Below are positions 1 to 6,010 of a stretch of DNA of 23,439 nt, in pieces. The notes below the pieces were generated by a model. That model had not been told where the DNA came from. It searched no databases and saw only the letters and a list, made by a program, of their open reading frames with translations. A program made the translations under genes and the position numbers. The stretch covers positions 1 through 23,439 of the forward strand of contig JANRLD010000097.1 of the NCBI GenBank assembly GCA_033762915.1, read 5' to 3'. Positions within the stretch are counted from its first letter, which is position 1. The number at the start of each line of letters is the position of its first letter. The DNA is from Meiothermus sp. (lineage in GTDB: Bacteria > Deinococcota > Deinococci > Deinococcales > Thermaceae).

Positions 1-1
1 A

Positions 2-190
2 CTCCGGCTTGCCTCCCTGAGCTGCCTGACCTACTTCAAGGGCTTTGTGGCGGCTACCCTGCGCCTTGACTCGAGCCACTACAACGCAATAGCGGGGAAT
101 GACCTCGAAGCGCCGATAGAACACCTGTCCGGCTGGCTCCAAGAGGCGGCAAAGCTTAATCGCAGGCTGCCCGCCATGCCCAAAGCCTGA
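2..190 (+). CDS. 3' end of a hypothetical protein (partial)
   Basis: Frame 2 is open from the window edge (LRLASLSCLTYFKGF...RRLPAMPKA) to TGA at 188-190, in the same orientation as the following genes. Confidence 0.55.
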   Translation, partial: LRLASLSCLTYFKGFVAATLRLDSSHYNAIAGNDLEAPIEHLSGWLQEAAKLNRRLPAMPKA

Positions 191-314
191 GCAACCTGCA
201 ACGGGTTGCAACCTAAAAAGTTGGAACGACTTGGAATTAAAAGAAGTTGGATGAAGCCGGATGCGACAAAAGAGATTTCAATCCGCCGAATGTAAACGGT
301 AGGGGGTAGACCGT

Positions 315-581
315 ATGGAGATAGTCACTGACGAAAAAACCAAGCGCTTACGTCGCCGTAAACCGGGGGACTTAGGGCAACTTCGCGCCGCGCTGTGGGG
401 GGTATTGCTCGAGGTCGAGAAAATAGCGACTGATCCCGTTCAGGACACAGACCGCAAACTCAAAGCGGCTTCTGCCCTGGCTACATTGGCAGGGAGCTAC
501 AGCAGGGCGACAGAAGCCCACGACTTGGAAAAGCGGCTCGAGGCGCTGGAAATAGCTGCTGCACAGAAAAAAGCGGGGTAA
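315..581 (+). CDS. Phage-like helical protein, possibly small-terminase-like (88 aa)
   Basis: G-rich RBS upstream; basic N-terminus (KRLRRRKPG); 'RKLKAASALATLAG...DLEKRLEALE' resembles the helical C-terminal part of small terminase-type proteins. The function is inferred only. Confidence 0.7.
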   Translation: MEIVTDEKTKRLRRRKPGDLGQLRAALWGVLLEVEKIATDPVQDTDRKLKAASALATLAGSYSRATEAHDLEKRLEALEIAAAQKKAG

Positions 582-583
582 GC

Positions 584-1192
584 ATGACCAAAACCAAGCT
601 AAAGAAACTGGAAGCTCAAGCAAAAATTGACCACGAGGCGGCATGGCGTAAGTTCTACGCGGACGCGGATCGCCGCTTCCGAAGCTACCTAGCCAAGCTC
701 ACACCCGAAGCAAAGGAACAGTGGGAGGACTTCTCGAGCAAGCCACCTAATGAACGGCAAGCGCTGCTAGACGCGCACCCTATGGCCCCCAATGAACCTG
801 AGTCCGAACGGGTCTGGGAAACATGGATCAATGAGTTTGACCGAGTGACAAGTGAGGCCGAGAACAGCCTTGCGATCTGGCCCAACCACGTCCCTATGCC
901 CCCAGCCATACCCGAGGGCAACATTGAAGAAATGCTCGAGCTTGCCCAGAGCCATACCCACCCTGCCCCTACTATGTCAATGCTTTACTTTGTGGCATTT
1001 GCTGAAGCAGCCAGGGCCACCCAGCCCAGCGAACCCGACCTGTCCCGCCTTACACCTCAGGAGCGGAAAGTGTTGGAGGAGGCTAGCCATAGGTTCAATG
1101 TAGGGCCGGATGGGCAACCCGACCTTTCAGGGCTGACCCTCGAGGAGTTAAGGCAACTCGAGGCCATGAAGCAGCGGCTCGAGCAGACCTGA
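584..1192 (+). CDS. Hypothetical phage-like protein with two C-terminal PDLSxLTxxE repeats (202 aa)
   Basis: Starts 2 nt after the upstream stop; contains PDLSRLTPQERKVLE and PDLSGLTLEELRQLE 28 aa apart. Confidence 0.75.
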   Translation: MTKTKLKKLEAQAKIDHEAAWRKFYADADRRFRSYLAKLTPEAKEQWEDFSSKPPNERQALLDAHPMAPNEPESERVWETWINEFDRVTSEAENSLAIWPNHVPMPPAIPEGNIEEMLELAQSHTHPAPTMSMLYFVAFAEAARATQPSEPDLSRLTPQERKVLEEASHRFNVGPDGQPDLSGLTLEELRQLEAMKQRLEQT

Positions 1193-1216
1193 CCTCTTCG
1201 CTGGAGCCGTCAAGAA

Positions 1217-1587
1217 GGTTTCTCCATTTCAAATGGAAAAACCCAGTTCTGATATTGCATTTACAGCCCCCATTTGAAATGGAGAGTGTCGCCCAGTAGC
1301 CATATTAGCGACCCCGCTAATATGGCTTTTCAGGTTTGAACCTGAATACTTTTTCCCGACGCTGGGAATAAGTGACCCCCACCTTAGGTAGTTGGGGTTT
1401 TCGCATGGGGTTCCAACAGATCAGCTTCTCTCATGGGGTTTTCGGTTTCAAATCGTAAGGCGATAGCCTGAATTTCCTTATTACTATAAAAAAGAAAGTG
1501 GCCTCGAGGGTCAAAATATCATTTGGTACTTTGACCCGTTACCTCAGAAAGCAAGACAAATACTTTTGCCCCTTAGCCTTAAGGCTA
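1217..1587. repeat. Non-coding cluster of palindromes/inverted repeats
   Basis: IRs at 1217-1243, 1270-1282 (1270-1285 is the exact reverse complement of 1221-1236), 1298-1327, 1329-1346, 1348-1373, 1508-1537 and 1574-1587. Confidence 0.85.
1298..1330 (+). terminator. Probable intrinsic terminator of the 315-1192 operon
   Basis: Perfect 13-bp stem AGCCATATTAGCG-accc-CGCTAATATGGCT followed by a short T run. Confidence 0.55.
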
Positions 1588-1780
1588 TCCTGAAAAGCGC
1601 TAGGGGACAGCCAAACACCATGCAACGGTTTTCCAACGTCGCTATGGAATGATTGGGTGTAGGGGAATTGGTCGAATGAAGTTATAGGGGCGGACTCGAG
1701 GTTAATCGGAGTTAGAGTTATCAGCTTCAACCTTGGCGGTGATTGAGTGCTGTTTAGCAGGGGGGATAGGAGAGGTGAGC

Positions 1781-2086
1781 ATGGGTAAGTTTTGGATAGG
1801 TGTACTGGTTGGCTTGGCGTTTGGTGCTGGGGTGGGGGTGGCTGGTTTTTTCACCATGAACGAACACCAAATGATAAGGGCAGGCTTGAACCAGGATGAT
1901 GTTTACCGAGCCGCCGAGTCTATCAGTTCCAAAGCCATAGATAGGATGTGGCGCACCGCAAACCCAGTAGAAGTTACCCAAGTAGCGGCTGAGGCTACCG
2001 TTCTATTGAACTTTGCACAGGTACGCCAAAACGACATAATGCTGAAAAAACTGGATACTTTGATTGAACAGTCTAAATCTCGGTGA
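1781..2086 (+). CDS. Membrane-anchored hypothetical protein (101 aa)
   Basis: RBS AGGAGAGG before ATG 1781, preferred over the track start at 1733. N-terminal hydrophobic helix (FWIGVLVGLAFGAGVGVAGFF) and a coiled-coil-like C-terminus. Confidence 0.75.
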   Translation: MGKFWIGVLVGLAFGAGVGVAGFFTMNEHQMIRAGLNQDDVYRAAESISSKAIDRMWRTANPVEVTQVAAEATVLLNFAQVRQNDIMLKKLDTLIEQSKSR

Positions 2087-2094
2087 GGTATGGG

Positions 2095-2886
2095 ATGAGG
2101 CCAATTCTTTTCGGGATGATGTTTCTTTTGAGTTTTGGGTTTGCTCAACTGAGGGTAAGCGATCACCAAAGGTGGGCCGAGTTTATCATTGGGAAACTGG
2201 GTCTTATTGTGGAGGAGTGTGTTGAAGGGAGCGAGTCAAATTGGCTCTGTTTTGACATGCCAAACGATGGTGATAATGATTATGTTGCGTCTCGATGGTC
2301 ATTTTATGCCGATCTTTATTCGGAAGAGTACGGCATCCGCCCGAGGAATGCCTTCAGGCGCACCAATAATGGCAATTTGAGTAGAGACTATTGCTCAGTC
2401 AAGGGCTGTCTAAACGTTTTTCTGGGGAAATCTATTGGTATCATCGACGACTATACCTTTGAAATGGTCTTAGATAACGCTGCCACTCAGGCGAACCAAC
2501 CTCAACCTTCCCAACCGCCCACATCTAGAACACCCCAGATTGGGAGGCCGCGTTTTGCGTTTCCAAACACCGCCTATGTTCGCCTTACCGAACTTGCGGC
2601 GGCCATGGGTGGAACTGTATTTGCAACCAGCCAACCTCAGGAGTACGGTTTCAGGGCGGGTAACAGGGTGATATTTGTAACTGTGGGGCGCATTGACGCT
2701 ATGGATGGAAACTCACAAAAGTTAACCCTCAATGCTGCCCCCGTGATATTCGAGAATACGCTATTTATTTCGGCTCGATCACTCTCCGCTATCGGTTGTC
2801 GGGTGGACGGTTTTGACAGCATAAGAGGTATAGCACTTACGTGTGACGAGCAAACCTATTACCTGTCGTTCAAAATATGGCCTTAG
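2095..2886 (+). CDS. Secreted protein with a C-terminal copper amine oxidase N-terminal-like (stalk) domain
   Basis: Signal peptide MRPILFGMMFLLSFGFA; Q/P-rich linker; 'AYVRLTELAAAMGGTV...LNAAPVIFENTLFISARSL' is typical of Cu_amine_oxidN1 domains. Confidence 0.75.
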   Translation: MRPILFGMMFLLSFGFAQLRVSDHQRWAEFIIGKLGLIVEECVEGSESNWLCFDMPNDGDNDYVASRWSFYADLYSEEYGIRPRNAFRRTNNGNLSRDYCSVKGCLNVFLGKSIGIIDDYTFEMVLDNAATQANQPQPSQPPTSRTPQIGRPRFAFPNTAYVRLTELAAAMGGTVFATSQPQEYGFRAGNRVIFVTVGRIDAMDGNSQKLTLNAAPVIFENTLFISARSLSAIGCRVDGFDSIRGIALTCDEQTYYLSFKIWP

Positions 2887-2930
2887 ACCTTCGTTCGGAG
2901 CTTGAATGGCCGACAGGGGAGCAAAACGAG

Positions 2931-2960
2931 ACCCCGCCAGCAGTGGCGGGGTTGTTGTGT
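2931..2960. terminator. Terminator hairpin between convergent genes
   Basis: ACCCCGCCA-gcag-TGGCGGGGT (2931-2952) followed by a T-rich tail. Confidence 0.7.
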
Positions 2961-2966
2961 TGGTTT

Positions 2967-3275
2967 CTATAGGCCCGAGCCAGGCGGATAGGGCGAGTCT
3001 ATCTTCTTGAACTCGACGCTCATGTGTAGGAGGTTGCTGGTCAACTCCTCGAACCGTCTTAGCGCCTCTGTACATTCGGGGCTAGTGGTGCTGACCTTTA
3101 TTGTGAAGCAGCCCGCAGGGGTGGACTCCGTGTCCAGCCCTGCCTCTTGTATCAGTTTCATGAATGTGTTGGCAAAGAGTACAGTCTCGGCCCAAGTTGA
3201 GTCGTAAATGCTTACTTCGTAATACTCACTTTTGAACCGCCCATTTTCCTTTACTGGCTCAGTGACGTACAACAT
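2967..3275 (-). CDS. Hypothetical protein (102 aa)
   Basis: RBS AGGAG upstream of ATG; ends next to the terminator hairpin. Confidence 0.7.
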   Translation of the reverse strand: MLYVTEPVKENGRFKSEYYEVSIYDSTWAETVLFANTFMKLIQEAGLDTESTPAGCFTIKVSTTSPECTEALRRFEELTSNLLHMSVEFKKIDSPYPPGSGL

Positions 3276-3297
3276 AAATCCACTCCTATGGGGTCAA

Positions 3298-3322
3298 GGG
3301 GTGGCACTACAAATGCCACCCC
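3298..3322. terminator. Intergenic hairpin (terminator, attenuator or processing site)
   Basis: Perfect 9-bp stem GGGGTGGCA-ctacaaa-TGCCACCCC between two co-oriented genes. Confidence 0.5.
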
Positions 3323-3335
3323 AAGCGAGAGGGCT

Positions 3336-3596
3336 TTAGGCCGCTGGGCGGTAGTCGGGAAGCAAGGTAAGTTCGAGAGTGGGGGGAGTTTCCTCCCCTG
3401 CTTCCTCGAGCCAGCCTATGTGCTGCTCGGTTGCACGGCGCAGCTTGGAAAGGACGTATTCGGCGGCTTCGACAGCCTCGAGCAGGTTCCGAAGCTGGAT
3501 AAAAGTTAGACCTTCGGGAAGCTGGTTAGCTTCGGTGGTGGTCATTTCTGAAAGAGCGTTTAGGGCTTGCGCGGTGGTGGGCTGAGTGTTTACCAT
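3336..3596 (-). CDS. Hypothetical acidic protein (86 aa)
   Basis: RBS AAGGAG upstream of ATG; first gene of the leftward unit divergent from the HTH gene. Confidence 0.7.
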   Translation of the reverse strand: MVNTQPTTAQALNALSEMTTTEANQLPEGLTFIQLRNLLEAVEAAEYVLSKLRRATEQHIGWLEEAGEETPPTLELTLLPDYRPAA

Positions 3597-3620
3597 TGTC
3601 TTACTCCTTGAAAAGGGATT

Positions 3621-3760
3621 AGTCGGGAACTTGGGTCTTAGCGGGCCTTGTTCCTGACTGCCTTTATATTACACCATATCTAGACATATGTAAAGATATA
3701 GAGTAATGTATTGATATAGGGTAATGACCCGAAGTGGGTAATAAGCCCGAAGATAGGAGA
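3621..3760. promoter_or_regulatory. Divergent control region of the element
   Basis: AT-rich; hairpin 3621-3659; imperfect IR 3665-3679/3696-3710 (12/15); direct repeats ATATAGRGTAATG (3696, 3714) and GGGTAAT..CCCGAAG (3719, 3736). Confidence 0.6.
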
Positions 3761-3769
3761 GTGATTACA

Positions 3770-3991
3770 GTGAAGTGGAAAGTCAAGGAATACCTCGACG
3801 CAAACGAAAAGACCCCATATGCCTTATGGAAGGCTTCGGGGCTGTCTCGCAAGACCGTTTATGACATCACTGGGGGGAAGCTCATCCGCATGGATTTCAG
3901 CACCTTAGCTGCGGTCATTGAAGGCTTGGAAGCCATCACCCACAAGCGGGTAGAACCCAATGACGTACTTGAGGTGGTGCGGAATGCCTAA
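3770..3991 (+). CDS. Cro/C1-type (XRE, HTH_26-like) transcriptional regulator
   Basis: 'KEYLDANEKTPYALWKASGLSRKTVYDITGGKLIRMDFSTLAAVIEGL...EPNDVLEV' is an HTH pattern. RBS AGGAG at 3755-3759 favours GTG 3770; 3761 is possible. Confidence 0.85.
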   Translation: MKWKVKEYLDANEKTPYALWKASGLSRKTVYDITGGKLIRMDFSTLAAVIEGLEAITHKRVEPNDVLEVVRNA

Positions 3992-5192
3992 CAAAAAGGG
4001 AACCCGCAAAGCCCACGGTGAGGCCCATATCCGCCGCCGTGCCGATGGAACCTATGAGGCCCAGGTAGCCCTCGGCTATCAGAACGGGAAGCGAGTCCGC
4101 AAAAGCATTTACGGCAAGACCGAGGCTGAGATCGTCAAGAAGAAGAACCAACTTTTGGCAGAGTACGGCCTTGGGATAGCGCTACAGCCCGACAAAATGA
4201 CTGTGGCCCAACTCTTGGACGAATGGCTCGAGCATAAGAAGCTGTCTACCAAGATCACCACTCAGACTTGGTATGAACGGGCCGTCAGGCTTCATATCAA
4301 ACCTGAGTTGGGAAGCGTTTTAGTGCAAAAGCTCGAGACCCGTCATATTGACGCGCTGTACCGCAAGCTCACCAAGAAAGGGCTATCTTCTGCCTCAGTG
4401 AAGCAGGTTCATGCGGCTATCTTCAATGCACTCAAGCAAGCCCGACGCTGGAAAATCGTCATAGCCAATGTAGCCGAAGACGTGACCCTGCCCAAGGGCG
4501 AAACCTTCGAGCCAACCATCTGGAGCCTTGATGAAAGCCGCCGTTTTCTCGAGGCCGCACAGGGTGACAGGTTCTATGCCCTCTACATTCTGGCCTTGCT
4601 GGGCGGGTTCAGGCGGGGTGAGCTATTCGCCCTGCGGTGGAACTGCATTGCCCTCGAGCAGCACCCGGTGCATGGCGCTTATGTGTCGGTCACGGTCATG
4701 AAGAACCGCACTGTAGCGGGTAACACGGTGGTAGAGCACGACCCCAAGACCCACCGCAGCAAGCGCCCGGTGATCCTCCCCTCCGAAGTCTGGACTATCC
4801 TCCAAGCCCACAAGGGCGCAATGGAAGCCGAGCGCGTGAAGCTGGTTAAGGCGGGATACACCCCGAACGACGAGGGCTATGTGTTCCTCTCGACCTACCA
4901 CACTCCCATTCACCCGACGAACTTCTACCAAAGGGAGTTCAAGCCCCTCTTGAGCAGCGTCAAGGTTCCTTTCATCCGCTTCCACGACCTGCGCCACGTC
5001 AATATCACCCTCGACATGGTTTCCTCGGGCGACCTCAAGACTGCCAGCCAGAGGGCGGGTCATAGCAACATTGGCATTACCGCCAACGTCTACCAACACC
5101 CCGACGTGCAGCTACACCTTGGGGCTACCTCGAAACTAGCGAGAATGCTGTTGCCAACGGGTTCGGTGAACGACCAAGGGCATACCGCCTAA
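3984..5192 (+). CDS. int: Site-specific tyrosine recombinase/integrase (ICEBs1/phage type)
   Basis: N-terminal arm-binding HGEAHIRRRADG; catalytic R (GFRRGELFAL), K (PKT), HxxR (FHDLRH), H (AGHS) and Y (TANVYQH). ATG 3984 overlaps the end of the HTH gene. Confidence 0.95.
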   Translation: MPNKKGTRKAHGEAHIRRRADGTYEAQVALGYQNGKRVRKSIYGKTEAEIVKKKNQLLAEYGLGIALQPDKMTVAQLLDEWLEHKKLSTKITTQTWYERAVRLHIKPELGSVLVQKLETRHIDALYRKLTKKGLSSASVKQVHAAIFNALKQARRWKIVIANVAEDVTLPKGETFEPTIWSLDESRRFLEAAQGDRFYALYILALLGGFRRGELFALRWNCIALEQHPVHGAYVSVTVMKNRTVAGNTVVEHDPKTHRSKRPVILPSEVWTILQAHKGAMEAERVKLVKAGYTPNDEGYVFLSTYHTPIHPTNFYQREFKPLLSSVKVPFIRFHDLRHVNITLDMVSSGDLKTASQRAGHSNIGITANVYQHPDVQLHLGATSKLARMLLPTGSVNDQGHTA

Positions 5193-5201
5193 AAAACTCT
5201 A

Positions 5202-5219
5202 GTCGGTATCTGGTCGGTA
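5202..5219 (+). repeat. Candidate integrase arm-type binding sites
   Basis: GTCGGTA twice with an 11-bp period, between the int stop and the tRNA. Confidence 0.5.
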
Positions 5220-5226
5220 AAAACAC

Positions 5227-5256
5227 AAAAACAGGGGTCAATAACCCCTGTTTTTT
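5227..5256. terminator. Bidirectional intrinsic terminator (int / tRNA-Lys)
   Basis: AAAAACAGGGGT-caata-ACCCCTGTTTTT with A/T tails on both sides. Confidence 0.85.
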
Positions 5257-5276
5257 ATTGTCCTGCACGGGTTTAT

Positions 5277-5352
5277 TGGTGGGCTGTATAGGAATCGAAC
5301 CTATAACCTAGCGATTAAGAGTCGCTTGCTCTGCCAATTGAGCTAACAGCCC
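5277..5352 (-). tRNA. tRNA-Lys (anticodon CTT)
   Basis: GGGCTGTTAGCTCAATTGGCAGAGCAAGCGACTCTTAATCGCTAGGTTATAGGTTCGATTCCTATACAGCCCACCA; full cloverleaf with encoded CCA. Confidence 0.97.
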
Positions 5353-5382
5353 CTGCGCGGGTAGTCCCTACCCAGAAAGCTA

Positions 5383-5411
5383 AATATAGACCCTCTTCTG
5401 GGGTGTGTCAA
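5383..5411 (-). promoter_or_regulatory. Sigma70-type promoter of tRNA-Lys
   Basis: TTGACA-N17-TATATT on the minus strand, about 30 nt upstream of the tRNA. Confidence 0.85.
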
Positions 5412-5461
5412 CCTCGAGGCCAGGCGAGCCACTTTGAGCCCTGGAAGACCCCTGGCTCCCG

Positions 5462-5470
5462 TGCTACAAT
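5462..5470 (+). promoter_or_regulatory. Extended -10 promoter of tRNA-Arg
   Basis: TGcTACAAT, 21 nt before the tRNA. Confidence 0.65.
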
Positions 5471-5491
5471 CCTTGCTGCCCGCACCGCCGG

Positions 5492-5569
5492 GCGCTCGTA
5501 GCTCAGTTTGGATAGAGCAGGGACTTCCTAAGTCCAAGGTCGCAAGTTCGAGTCTTGCCGGGCGCACCA
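5492..5569 (+). tRNA. tRNA-Arg (anticodon CCT)
   Basis: GCGCTCG acceptor stem, D-arm AGCTCAGTTTGGATAGAGC, anticodon loop TTCCTAA, T-loop TTCGAGT, ends ACCA. Confidence 0.95.
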
Positions 5570-5578
5570 TCGTCCGAG

Positions 5579-5605
5579 ACGCACCCCTTCGGGGGTGCGT
5601 TTTTT
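5579..5605 (+). terminator. Intrinsic terminator after tRNA-Arg
   Basis: ACGCACCCC-ttcg-GGGGTGCGT followed by TTTTT. Confidence 0.9.
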
Positions 5606-6010
5606 CGCTGCGTATTCCACTGCAGCGGGTTCGCAGCATTCCCGCCGCCCCTTAGACACCCCCAGCCCGACTTGGCCTCTTGCGGAACACTGGCAATCCC
5701 GGATCTGAGTGGATGATCCTCGAGAGCAAATATACCCGGCTCCTACTATCTCCAGCACACCCCGTTATTTGGGCGACACCGTAAAGGGGTCTTTCGGTCA
5801 GTACCAGACCTCACGTCCTCTGGTCGCGGCGCGGAGGAGCAGATCCTATGGATCGCCCATTTCTTCGAAACAGGCACTATGGACGCGTTGGGGCAGGTTC
5901 CGGGTCAGCCAGCCGTGGAAAATCCCTCGCAGTCGATCAATTACGGCGTTCGGATGTTTTGCACAGAACCCGGCGCAGCCAGGCGGTTTACTGCTGCTCA
6001 GCAAGAACCT

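Larger units (their letters stand above)
1..5290. mobile_element. Right part of an integrative element (prophage remnant or phage-satellite-like) inserted at the 3' end of tRNA-Lys(CTT); left end outside the window
   Basis: The tyrosine integrase ends 84 bp from the tRNA 3' end, preceded by a Cro/C1 HTH gene, small phage-like hypotheticals and lower GC than the core genes. The exact att core cannot be fixed without the other junction. Confidence 0.8.

Noticed and set aside
1217..1450. CRISPR array or integron attC array
   Set aside because: The palindromes differ from each other and there is no constant repeat-spacer period; no cas or integron integrase signature.
1441..1458. RDRM (DdrO box)-like site TTCGGTTTCAAATCGTAA, also checked at 16140-16156
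   Set aside because: Wrong spacing and several mismatches to the 17-bp consensus as I recall it.
5540..5569. tRNA-Arg as integration site of the catabolic cluster
   Set aside because: No duplicate of the tRNA 3' end near 15940-16160 and no second integrase.
5762..5830. Frame reading RHRKGVFRSVPDL, reminiscent of IS630 transposase C-termini
   Set aside because: The match is only about 10 residues, the flanks do not fit and there are no IS ends; BLASTX would be needed.
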